Shown piece after piece: positions 26,051 through 38,200 of a DNA stretch of 64,000 bases. The position numbers were made by a program, and so were the translations under genes. How positions within the stretch are numbered: position 1 is the first letter of the stretch; each line of letters begins with the position of its first letter. A model generated the notes under the pieces. It was not told the origin of the DNA. It searched no databases and saw nothing but the letters and a program-made list of their open reading frames with translations. Origin of the DNA: Macrostomum lignano (taxonomy: Eukaryota); the NCBI GenBank assembly GCA_002269645.1, contig NIVC01001960.1, positions 62,001 to 126,000 of the forward strand. The letters run 5' to 3'.

Positions 26051-27142
26051 ACTCTAAGTACCATCTGTAAACCGTTGACTGACTGGTGCCGCAACTCCAA
26101 AAACTTTGAGTAGCTCGTCATGACAACTGATAACGCAGATTCCAGGACTGTATCTAGCATTGGCATAAGTCTAGAAGTCTTCCATTTTGAAGAAATGCCT
26201 GTCAAAATTTGCAATCTTGATCACTGCGTTGCGTTGGTTATTGAGCGCATAGAGCATGGTGTGAGCCTTATATTGCCCGCTATTCCAAGCAGTTAGTCAA
26301 GTTGTGAGCTTCATTTTTCAACTAATTGTCTATGGGATATACGAGCATCGTATATAAATGCTCTATATGAGGTAAAGCACGCTATTTTCCGGGCACTTTT
26401 TTACGCTCGCGTTTTTTCCCATGCGAGGCTTGTGGGGGGAATTGCTGACATGTCAAGGCTTACAAGGGCCTGCTGAGGTATATTGCAAAGAGACGCAACA
26501 TGTAGTTTATTAAAAAACTTGTACTGCATTATGGCTCCCCAACGGGGGCGCTGATTGCTAGTATGAGTCTAATATTGAAATTATCTGTGCACCATGTCAA
26601 CAGCTTGCTTCTTTCTTGCTCGATTGACACATTCTCACGAATTTCCGGACAGCCGGCGCGCGTGTCCTTGGGTTTGTGGGTTTCGCGGAGTATTTCCGTT
26701 TTGTAATTATCTTTCAGAAGAACAATTGTAAAAATAAGTGTCGAACACATTTGGTTGAGTACAGCTGCGTCAGTCGGAACTGAAGTAATTCGTGCTGTAG
26801 TTGTGAACGTATATTTGCAAAGAAGGTTTGTCAAGACAAAGACGCACAATCGGCGATGTCTGCTTCTCGTCATCGGCGGCCCAATGTGCTTTGTAACAAC
26901 TCGCAAAACTACCCTTAGTACCCTGATCTTTTTCTAGCGTAATCTAAAGTATTTTGTACCTGTCCGCCATTATTTGTGATGGGTACCTGCTAGGATCCTC
27001 TGGATGGCCAGTAGCAAACTTGCTGAGGATTTCTTTCCAGCTATTAATAAGCCCGACGGCAAAATAGCGGACCCAAAGTGAATGTGATAAAATGAATTCT
27101 TCATCCAGTCAGACGAGATGCCCCTGGACCCAGTTGGCCGGC

Positions 27143-27598
27143 TTAAGTGCGCCTACCGCCTCGCGACAGCAGCAGGTTGACAACCCGAGCCTCAGTCGGT
27201 TGCCACAAATGTCGCTGTCGCATCAGCCGCTGCCGCCGCGGATTATCAAGCAGACGCTGGGCCAGCTGGACCACTGCGCTTCGAAGCTGTTGATATTCCC
27301 GACGACTCACTGATGGCGTGCCAGCTTCGGGACTCATGCCAACCTCGTCGACGTCGTGGTCGACGTAGTAGTGGGCAAAGCGGACAGCGGCTAGGCGTTT
27401 GCCGATGGCCGGATAGCCGGAAGTCATATCGAAGTCCGCCGACCGAAGCGACAGGCCGGGCCCGTCATCCCAGGATCGGCGAGTGGCGTCGATCGTCGAA
27501 TCAGCGTTGACGCCAGCGACAGCGGAGCAGATCAGCAGGGCCAGGTAGCTGACAGTCAGGATGGCGGACGATGAGGCAACGGCAGAGACTGGGTGCAT
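27143..27598 (-). CDS. Candidate secreted neuropeptide precursor (151 aa)
   Basis: ATG at 27598 is followed by a hydrophobic signal (AILTVSYLALLICSAVAGVNA). Dibasic RR sites and two amidation-type sites are present (GYPAI-GKR, LLLSRG-GRR), with GC-rich exon-like codons. A possible 5' UTR intron spans 27616-27786. Confidence 0.65.
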   Translation of the reverse strand: MHPVSAVASSSAILTVSYLALLICSAVAGVNADSTIDATRRSWDDGPGLSLRSADFDMTSGYPAIGKRLAAVRFAHYYVDHDVDEVGMSPEAGTPSVSRREYQQLRSAVVQLAQRLLDNPRRQRLMRQRHLWQPTEARVVNLLLSRGGRRT

Positions 27599-28360
27599 GA
27601 CTTGCGCAATCACTTCTGGATTTTTTGTGGGTTGGTGGAAACAGGTGAGATGTTGTATACACGTACAATCATAAGTCCTAAACGACTCGAATGACTGGTG
27701 TGCATGTTCGTATTGACCCAGATTGCAAGGTGCACCAGCAGGTAAGAGTTGGACCCTGGCCCAGAAGAGGTTAAAATACAACTTACGGTGGTGACCTAAA
27801 ACCGGAGAGCTGATTGAATTTCCAAAGAACCTGACAGGCAATAATTATTAGACGGCTCTGACATTGACTGAGGCTCGGGCAGGTAAGTGGGAGAGGAAGA
27901 ATCGTGGCCACGGAGGGCCGATTATAAAATGGCATCTTGGGCCTGGGCCATGGGCCAATCTAACGCGATCAGTTGACTTATGAGGGGATGGGCGCAGTGG
28001 GCAAACAGTCGATACAGTCCTAAACTGATTCGAAGGGAGACGGGCCGGCCACTTCAGCTGAATATGTGGGCTTGCGTGGGTGTGTGTAACATTGGCCCGG
28101 GGTTTGGTTAGCTAACAGAAGGCCAGCCGAATTTGGTCACTGATTCCAACTCATCTCAAAGCAACCATCGAGATGGTTTACCCGCTTCTAGATCTACATG
28201 TATACAAGCACCTGCTTTTGATTGCTTAAATTGCTTTGTTAATTATAAAATACTATCGATAATTATGCTTAGCTCGTATACGAGAGTATAGGTCGTTTTT
28301 TATAGGTCGATTTTTCATGTTACGCAGTGCCAGGGAAGCCTCTTTGGTTGTTGCTTCGCT

Positions 28361-28436
28361 AAAGGACCACTAGAAGTTACCGTTGTAACTCACGACCGAT
28401 TTTGTAACTCACAACGGTAACTTCTAGTGGTCCTTG
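28361..28436. mobile_element. 76-bp micro-MITE with 25-bp perfect inverted repeats
   Basis: aaggaccactagaagttaccgttgt (28362-28386) pairs with acaacggtaacttctagtggtcctt (28411-28435). The direct repeat gcttcgct flanks both sides. Confidence 0.75.
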
Positions 28437-28511
28437 GCTTCGCTCACCACAGTGAGTGACACTCGGCTTCCTTTTTGAAGACATGTCATTCCAATGCCAG
28501 CTAGGCTGTAA

Positions 28512-28848
28512 GCCAAGAGCTACAAAGATTCGGACACCTCAGCTGAAGAGGCTGTTTTTGCAAAGCTGAATTGTCTTATTGAGCAGCTAATAAGGCTTTC
28601 GAACTTAAAAAATGAAAATCTGGCGTATTTTAGTGAGATACTCGCATCTTCATGCCTTCTGCAGCACCACAGTCCATCCTGCTTCCTACAAGTTCCTGCA
28701 GACTATAATAACAAAATCAGCAATTCCCCGAGTGTTAGGCATCTACAGAGAGACTGTCTTCAGGCTTTGAGTAATCACCCTGATGTCAAGGCCACAGCTG
28801 AGAACTATAATAAGCCAAAGATTGATAGCCTGAATCTGAGAGGGTAAG
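28512..28848 (+). mobile_element. Possible P-element/THAP9-like transposase fragment
   Basis: A 111-codon stop-to-stop frame with no ATG reads ..LAYFSEILASSCLLQHHSPSCF..PSVRHLQR.. and ends at a GG|gtaagt donor. It resembles the YS..L..SP.AY..LP...TL.R segment of P-like transposases (recognised by eye). Confidence 0.4.
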
Positions 28849-28989
28849 TGCTTCTACTTACAATTGATGAAATCTGTACAGGTCATTGAATAATTTGAGC
28901 CTGGAAAGGAAAAATGTTCGGCACGCAGCTAGTATCTTCTGTAGAAGCAGCGTAATTCGAGAGAAAAATAATAGAAATTAGCTATAGTG

Positions 28990-31020
28990 TTATTTAGCTG
29001 AATTGAAGAAACGGTCTTACTTGACGTAGCTGCAGGGCTGTCCCGGGGGGACACAGCGGGAAGGCACGAACGCCCATTCCGCTAATCCCTAAACGGCCGA
29101 TGCGTCGCTATGGACGAAGGGTTGGCGCCGCCCAGGGAGGTCCCCTACTGTCGCCAGCAGCTATGGTGCTCTCTGGAAAGGAGAGTTCAGCCCTGCGGGG
29201 GCCCAGAGGTACATGTAGCGCATGAGCTAATTAAAGTTTTCGGGTTTGCACGCTTCAGTAATAGATGTGTGTGGCCCGAGGTAAGTGAGTCTGGCTCGCG
29301 TAAAGGCGGGACAGATGCTGACAGAAGCAGCCGTGACCTGAGAGGGTCATGGTGGCAGCCCGGATGTCGCTGCTCGAGAGGCGCAGGACGAGCTTCCGGA
29401 GCTGGTGAGAGGGCTGAGGGACAGTGCCTCTGGATTGCATGCAGGTAGTGTAGTTCGCCCAAGTCGAGCGGTGCTGGGTCCTGATCCACGCTTTGATTCG
29501 CGAGTCGATGACACAGCCAGGATAACGTTTGGTCCAGCTGCGGTGCTCTTTGCGGGGACAAAAACCACGTAGGGACTCTTTGGACGCTGGCCTTCGCGAA
29601 GAAAAAGGGCTCCACCGAGGTCAGCATCCAAGGAGACCGTCGTCAGCCGCTGGAGCAGCTGCTGAGCGTCCTCCTCACTGCTGGGAGCAATAAGAACGAA
29701 TGTGCTTCGCAGCACCATCCGCTCAATGCCAATGGAGATTCCCTCCTCGACAGTCAGCTCAATCAGATAGGAGTCAATAGCACTCCACACATTTTGAAGC
29801 TGACCAGTGGTCCAGTCCTGGTCGCGACCTTGAATGATCACTCCCGGGATTTTGGCCTTGGCCTTCGCCGCAAAGGTAGCTCCCGAAGGAACCTCCTTGT
29901 TGGCAGTGGCTATTTGTTGCGCCATGGTTTCGGCCTCAGCAGCCGCAGCAGCATCTCCAGGGAGCGCCCTGGCGAACTACTGGAGCTTCCACCGGCCGGC
30001 CCGTCTGGTTGCCTTGGGACGCCAGTCGCTTCAGCATCCATGGTGGACGCCGCCACTTTTGCCCCCGCGGCTCCCTTCTTGGCCTGCCTTTTGGCGCGTT
30101 GCTTAGCGCGTTTGCGCTCAAGCCGAGCCCGCTGAGCTTCGTCGGATCTGCCAGATTTGGCCGGTCCTTTAGGTTCAGAGCCCGCGGTTCCCTTAGATCC
30201 ACCAGTAGAGCTGGCAGGTCTTTGGGTACTTTGGTTTTGGTAGCTCTCTGGTCGGATCTGCCAGCAGAGCCAGCCGGTCCTCCCTTTGCCACAGTTGAAT
30301 CAGTCGGTTGGGATCTGCCAGCAGGGCCGGCCGGTCCGTCGGACTGAGGTTGGGGTTTAGAAGGGTCCCCGTCCCTAGAATTAGCTTGATTATCCATAGT
30401 CGGCTCGAAGGCCATGATAAAGGTTGGTAGGCTACCCTCAAAGGGGAGCGGTACCCACCCGGCTGCTCCACCTGACCGGAAGTAGGCCAAAAGAACCCTC
30501 AAGGCTGGCCCGACACCAGGAGGGGGACCGCTAGCGACCGGACTACTCCCCGGCCTTCCAACCCTCGGCACGGTCGAACACCTTAGGCATTAGAGGGTAC
30601 GTTGAGCAGTACCACGGCCTGCGGACTGGCGAGCCAAACCTGCATACCCTAGTTCGGCAAAAGCCACTAGATGGGTTCCCAGCGCCGGAGCCTAGTCAGT
30701 CCGGCAGCCCTAGGGTCTGCCTTGAACACTCGCGGGGACGGGTACCCCTGGGTCGGCTTGCGAAACTACGTGGGAAGGGGTCTGCGGCTGCCAGCGGCAA
30801 ATAGAGGGTGCAGACCTCCCACCAGCCTTTACCTGCTGAAGATAGGGGCAGGCGTGGAGCATCGCAGACCTTAGCCCATAGGCCTGGTCTGTCTCATACT
30901 TCACTGGCATGCTGAATACGTCCGTGCGAGCGAAGAAACGGTTGGTAAGTGGGGCGAAGGGCCCAAACGGTTATACGGGTAACGAGTAAATTCAACTAAA
31001 GGGGGTTGAGTGGAGAAGAA
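28990..31020 (-). mobile_element. GC-rich retroelement-like remnant with frameshifted ORF1/gag-like frames
   Basis: Overlapping frames at 29936-30571, 29347-29925 and 29187-29627 give a low-complexity basic N-terminus then a globular segment (ATFAAKAK..GVIIQGRD..NVWSAIDSYLIEL). No RT or endonuclease motif was seen. Confidence 0.4.
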
Positions 31021-31042
31021 AGAAGGGGTTGGACGAGTGGGG

Positions 31043-31288
31043 TCGCCATCATAAACCCGAAAAATCACAACTCCGAAAGCCAAAATAGCATTGCTCATTA
31101 GCGCTGAAAAATCACAAACCCGAAATATCATCATAACTCCGAAAGTGTTAGCAACGCCCATCATAAACCCGAAATATCATAAACCCGAAAAATCACAACT
31201 CCGAAAGCCAAAATAGGGTTGGACATTGCTAGAACTTTTGGAGTTATGATATTTCGAGTTTGTGATATTTCGGGTTTATGATGGGCGA
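31043..31288. mobile_element. Foldback-like MITE with internally repeated arms
   Basis: Left end tcgccatcataaacccgaaa versus right end tttcgggtttatgatgggcga. Internal repeats of aaacccgaaa(a)atcacaactccgaaa. Confidence 0.7.
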
Positions 31289-32293
31289 TTTCGCAAAAGT
31301 AAGTACCACAGAAAAATTCTCGCGAAGTGTTGCTGCATTGCGAGTTCTAATAGACAGAGACACTACAACATTGAGACGAGTCGTAGCTTACCTGTGACTA
31401 CCTGCGTATAATGCATCGATTTACGCAAGCTTGCGACAAGGACCACGTATATATGTTTTGGAATTTAATGCACATATATCCGCGGTACGGTATCACAGCA
31501 TGAAGGACTACTTTAAGTAAGTATATACGTTATACTAATCATCCTTTATTACATGTACGGACCAAAGAAAACTCAAATCTATTTACTTTCGTCTTTTGCT
31601 GCGCATGTGCACATATATCATGTGTATCGACATGCATCTACAACAATAAGTAACTTCATATGAATATTATATATTTAGAAACAGAAGAATACAGAAGAAT
31701 GAGATTTGCTGGTTTTTCAGGTTTGTCACTACAAAGAGATATTAAATAAATTGAATTTCAACACCATCCAGTCGGTTTCTTTTTCGTCAAATCCAAAAAC
31801 CAAGGAGTTAGAAGAGCAGAAATGCACACACGTACATATGCTTTGCGTACTATTCATCACAGAACCAATACAATCTGTAAGGAATATATAAATAAGCAAA
31901 AAGCTATCGGCTTTTTTAGTAGCTCTATTTTTAGTATATGGATTAGTCTAATGAAAAAGTTAAATTGTTATACTTCAATTATCGCTTTGGACGCCGATGT
32001 TCCTGTTTTCGCAAAATTTAAATTTGTTTCAAATTTAGAATTAAAGAGATTGTAATTTATGTATATGGTCTAGAGCTAGAGAATAAGTCTTAAGTCGAAG
32101 ATATATATATTTAGATATATAACATATATTGTATTATATTTATTCATTCCTACTAACATTTTGTAGTTTGCACCTGCACTGCCGATTTCATGCAGATTTT
32201 ATTAAAAGACAATTAAATTTATTTAGATTTTTAAGACTTCTTGTATTAATTTTACAGGGGGTTGAGCAGGTTCGACCAACAAGAGAGTTTTCG

Positions 32294-35200
32294 ATGAAAG
32301 AAGGAATCTTTAATGATGACGAATCTTTGTCATCAGTAGTTGTCAGTGCAGCTGAAATTATAAAAGGTAAGTGTAAAATTCAAATTGTCATTTATAGCCT
32401 GCACTTTAGGTCTAATATGATATAAATGCTGCGACACAAGTACAATTTGCTGCTCGATCATAAAAGTATTGTTAATGTTATTATTTTTCTAGGAGCATAC
32501 TTGCAATAAACTACATAATAACCAAAGCCATTTTTCTTTATAATTAGGGGGCCTATAATACAATTTGTGAGTTATGATTGAAATTAATAATAAATTTGCT
32601 AATGATAATCTAAAGACATATAGCATTTCATAAAAAGTTTCAAGAAAAAAATCTGTCAACTTTCTGCAAGTCTAGGCATTTGCCTCAACCTTGGCTAAAC
32701 TATTGTGACTAAATTGGCTTAGGAGCAAAATGGTCTATGGGCAAAATTGTCTATGGGCAAAATGGTCTAGGGGCAAAACATAAGGCCAAAATGGTTTAGG
32801 GGTAAAACAACCAATTACCATATGGCTTAGTTGGCTAAGTATTAAGCTTAAGTCTATATCATGTTATTTATGCTATAAATTTAGATATATATTAATAGTA
32901 TGTAATATAAGATATATGAGTATGTGATAAATCTAATGACAAGTATTTAAAGGATTAAACATTTGGTAATAATAGAATTTATTAATATATTAGACAAATA
33001 AATTATATAAAAGGAAAATATACCCTATCTGAATGCAAATGCAAACTAGAATGCAAAATAATATCCAAGGTCTAATTTTAAGATATGATTTGGCATCCTT
33101 ATTGCACAAAAAACCTAGTGCCCTATGGCATTGTGATGAAAGTTCAAATTGTACCTTATATTTTTATATTGCTTGTTGCAACTCTTTAGCCTTATTCTAT
33201 TCTATATAATTAATAAATTAAACAATAAAATTGTCATTTTAATAATAAACAATGCCTAGAACATTATATTTTATAATATAATACTTTAAAATTAGCCATA
33301 ATTATATTCATTTATTGGTTGGGACCAAGTTTTATGAGAGTTAGGTAATATAAAATTGACAAAAGCCTTTTAAAACATATGATTAAAAATAAAAAAAACT
33401 ATCTTTGTTTGAGTGTCACCTAATTATCCATTACCAAATTGTCTATTATTAAATTGTCTTTTAGCATAACATTTTGGTTTAAAATATTAGAAGTTATATT
33501 TTGCTTTTAAAGAATTTAAATTAGAGACAACTAGATAAGCTAGAGCCTTAATCAATGTAGATTGTGAATATATACTTTTATCATTGAGCTACTCATTTCA
33601 ATATGTATCTACTTCTTATGGTCTTATGAAAGCTATTTGCTATTTTTCTATATATATCTTATCTATAAGAAATAGGCTTGCCACTTAATAGTTATAGTTA
33701 TAGTGATTATAAATAAAAAAATTAACATTGTTATTAGCATGTGTATTTTTTATTTAAAAAATCTGCAATAAATTGCTTTGGACACATTTTTCTATACCAG
33801 TGAATTACAAATTGCTATCTAATAGTTTAATAATCAAGAAAATAGCAATAAAACTTTTATTAAAATAAAAAATCCTAATCTAAATATCCTTTACTATATA
33901 TTAGCTTATGATTGTTATCTTTAGTTTAATATTAGTAACCTTAGCCCCTTTAAAGAAACAATAGAGTTATTCAACAATAATTTTTTGTTTCTAAATAGAC
34001 AAAAAGATCAGATATTTTAATAAATTTGCTTAGCTTTTGAATGTCTATAGGCGAGTACTTTTAAGAAATGTATTATTTTGAAAGTATTTTGAATTGTCTA
34101 ACTGATTTGCTAATCCTATTTTACATTTTTAGATCGATTTTACTTTGCTACTCTGCAGACAACTCCAAAGAGCACCAACAGCACACATTACTTCTCCATT
34201 GATGATGAGCTGGTGTATGCCAAGTAAGTAAATTTAGTCAGCATTAACAATTAGTAGACTGCGACTACTCACTTACTCAGGTATCAGTACATTGCAGCTA
34301 CTCACTCCCCAGCTGTCAGTACATTGCCATTACCCAACTTCCTCAGTTATACTGCCATTGCTCTTAAGATTCGGGATTGCAGCCTAGTGGTTAGAGTGTC
34401 AGACTCACAGCTTTTAAGGTCGGGGGTTCGATTCCCGCTCCCACTGGAACAATGTGTAATTGAGCAAGACACTTTACTCTGCGTTGCTTTAGTTCACCCA
34501 GCTGTAAAATGGGTGCCAGCATTAGCTGGGGTAATTGAGGGTGTGTAGCGACCCCCTAAGTCCTTGGACTGAACAGCCGTACGCAGCCTTCAGATGCGCC
34601 GCAATAGCTGCGGCTGAGCTGTTGGTTGCACACCTGTCCATTAGGGCAGGTTTAATCAATTATTATTGTTATTAAGTATTGTCGAGAAAATAATAAGAGT
34701 AAACACACTACATTTAAATTAGATGTTAAATTGAATAAGATAAGGAGCCAGTAAGTGGGCGCAGGGCCCAAACCAGTATATTTATATGACATTAAATTGC
34801 AGGGGGGTTTGAATTGAAGATAATAAAGAGAGGGTGGAGTGCGCGACTAAAGAGAGAGGTGAGAATGGAGAGCCAATCAGAAGGCAGCAAGGGAGAGAGA
34901 GAAGAATAACAAGATTGAGCTAGACAGAGAGAGAGAAAACAGAGTAAACAGAGACAAGTAAAGGTAAACTAAGAAATGAATAGGAAAGTCGCGACAAGTA
35001 TTATTACTGCCAGTACTCACTTCCTCAGGCATCAGTAAACAGGTGGTAGGCCATTGTCAGATATTTGTGCTTCTGCATGCAATAGGAGCTTGCATCGCAA
35101 CTTGCAGGTGGTTAGTGGTATTTTAGTGCACCCGATGCGCCCCCCCCCGCATTTCAGCTTCTACGCAGATTTCGGGCCTCTCAACCTGGCCATGCTGTAC

Positions 35201-38200
35201 AAGTACTGCTGCAGGCTCAACAAGAAGTTCAAATCGTTCTCCCTGTCCAAGAAGCGAATAGTGCACTACACGTGCGTCAATCCTAAGAAGAGAGCTAACG
35301 CTGCCTTCTTAGTCGGAGCTTATCAGGTATGTAGTAGTAGTAGTAGTAGTAAGAATTTGGCTCAGGCAATTAGCCTGTTTGGCCGATATATTATACGGCA
35401 ATGTATTTGGAAAAAAATTCGAACTAGAAGTTTATAAAGACGATTCGACGTTATTGTAAATGATAAAGTATTTGAAAGCGCGCCAGAATTTTTTACGGTA
35501 TTTTTGGACGAAAAGTGACGACTAACAACGAAACGACAATTTTAAAGTATTTAAATAAGAGAATTATAATATAAATACGAATATGAGTATTGATGAGTAT
35601 ATATATGAGTACAAAAATGAGTACGAATTACGAGGTATTGCTTTGATTACGAGATAAGGTACGAATGAAGTTCGAACGAAAAAATCGAAAAGAAAAAGAA
35701 AAGATGTAGACTAGTTTTACAATGATCGCGAATAAGAAAATAAGAAAGAAAATAAAAATAAGAAAATAACCATATTTTATGTCAATATATCAAAGCATAT
35801 ATAACCGTATTACAATTAGCATTTTTAATATTTGTTTTAACTGGTAAATAATTGTTTTAACATTTGTATATAATTAAGAGTATGCGAAAGGGAATACGTA
35901 ATGCTTAAAAATTCATAGAGAAGTTTTGAAAGGCGCACTTGACGCACAGAAAAGCGGGAAAAAAGACAAAATAGCGCCTCAAAGAAGGAAGAAATGCAAA
36001 CAGGTATGCAAATGACACTTTAGAGATATTGAATTTTCATTCAATAATTTCATACTTGCTCTGGTCTCGTGTGGTTCATTGCTGCTCCCATAGCCTCCTA
36101 GTTCTTCTAGTCTGCTTTTGCAATTCTTTCTTTCTTCCCGAATGGCCAGAAAGAAAACAGCTGCCACACCCCCTTCCCAGTGTTCGGTTCCAACTCGCTA
36201 GTGCTCTCTTGTCTGTGCTGTAGTGTTGAAAATACTATATATATTGTGTATTGTTAATATTCTACAGGCACGAAAAATACCGATAGAAAACAGGCTTTTA
36301 TCGATCGTTTTTAAATGTGTTTCGGGTCGAAATTTAAAAGTAAACCAATTTCTAGCCACAAGTATATACAGTTCACTCTGTCCTTCATCAAATTTCTCAC
36401 TGCTTATTCGGCCTTTTGGAGGAAGTGATCAGATTTCAACTGCTGGCTATGCAACCCAAGTCATAATCCACACTTCTATCCAGCTGAGTACTGCGAAACC
36501 CTATCGCAATTAATTTAGATTATCTACCTGAAGAAAACACCGGAAGAGGCCTACATGCCTCTGGTTGGCGGCTCCGGCCTGCACTATCTGCCGTTCCGGG
36601 ACGCCAGCTACGGCATTTGCACGTACAATTTGACCCTGCTGGACTGCCTGCACGCGGTTAGCAAAGCTCTTCTACACGGCTTTTTTAACTTTGAAAATTT
36701 CAACGTTGAAGAATACGAGCACTATGAGGTAAGTTAGTCGCGTTTGAGGCGATCCCAGTCTGTCACAGCTATCAGTGTGCTCTATCCCAGTCTGTCACCG
36801 CTATCAGTGTGCTCTATCCCAGTCTGTCACCGCTGTCAGTGTGCTCTATCCCAGTCTGTCACAGCTGTCAGTGTGCTCTATCCCAGTCTGTCACCGCTGT
36901 CAGTGTGCTCTATCCCAGTCTGTCACCGCTGTCAGTGTGCTCTATCCCAGTCTGTCACAGCTATCAGTGTGCTCTATCCCAGTCTGTCACAGCTGTCAGT
37001 GTGCTCTATCCCAGTCTGTCACCGCTGTCAGTGTGCTCTATCCCAGTCTGTCACCGCTGTCAGTGTGCTCTATCCCAGTCTGTCACCGCTGTCAGTGTGC
37101 TCTATCCCAGTCTGTCACCGCTGTCAGTGTGCTCTATCCCAGTCTGTCACCGCTGTCAGTGTGCTCTATCCCAGTCTGTCACCGCTGTCAGTGTGCTCTA
37201 TCCCAGTCTGTCACCGCTGTCAGTGTGCAATAATGTACGGCAATTAACCCATTTCAGCAAGTTGAGAACGGCGACCTGAACTGGATCATTCCCGGCAAAT
37301 TTATCGCCTTCTGCGGCCCACACGAGCAGAGCAGCCTGCGGGACGGCTATCCGCTGCACACGCCGGAGGCGTATTTTCCTTACTTTCGCAAGCACGGCGT
37401 CACCACAGTAGTGCGGCTGAACATGCGCCTCTACGATGCCAAACGGTTCACGGCGGCCGGCTTTCGGCACTACGATTTGTTCTTTGTTGACGGCTCCTGT
37501 CCCACCGATGACATCATGCAGGAGTTCCTGCGCATCTCAGAGGAGACGCAGGGCGCCGTTGCAGTCCACTGCAAGGCCGGACTGGGCCGCACCGGCACCC
37601 TAATCGCCTGTTACCTGATGAAGCATTACCGCATGACAGCCGCCGAGTCCATCGCCTGGTGCCGCATCTGCCGACCGGGGTCCGTGCTTGGCCCGCAGCA
37701 GGACTGGCTGGAGTCGCAGCAGGCAAAGTGCTGGCTGCAGGGCGATCTGCTCAGGGCGCGCAAGAACCGCGATTCCGGCAGCAGCGGCGGCGGCGGCGGC
37801 ACCGCGCCCTCCGCTCTGTCCGCGGGCCGCCCGCTGCAGGGCCCGGTGACGCGCAGCATGAGCGCCGGCTTTCACCAGCCGTCGTCCAGCCAGCCGGCTG
37901 TTGTGAACGAGAACGAAGAGGAGACCCAGGGCGACCGGCTGAACCACGCCAAGGCCGAGCGGAACCGACGCATCCGGCTGGCGCACCCGGCATCAACGTC
38001 GGCGCTGTCGTCCTCCGGCCGGCCCAATCTGTCAAGAACGTCTACAGCGTCTACAGTGGCGATGACCTCAACTGGCGCACCGTCCGCCGACTATCAGCAT
38101 CGGGCCAAAATTCGGGCCGCTACCTCTTCAACGTCAACTGGCGACACCGGGGCTCGTCTGGTCACGTCGACTTCGGTGCCGACAGCCAGCACGGCATCAA

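Noticed and set aside
26529-26937. 125-aa minus-strand ORF downstream of the peptide gene
   Set aside because: It has no recognisable similarity or splice linkage and starts at an alternative start codon only.
29030-29092. HDV-like ribozyme (hairpin followed by GCTAAT)
   Set aside because: A P4-like stem and J4/2-like motif exist, but I could not find compatible P1, P3 and L3 pairing. It is also on the strand opposite the element's ORFs.
34373-34445. tRNA gene
   Set aside because: A and B boxes are present but I found no closing acceptor stem. It continues into a SINE body that has a second copy in the window.
35979-36513. Short ORFs in CDC14 intron 3
   Set aside because: They are AT-rich intronic sequence and are not needed for the phase-consistent CDC14 model.
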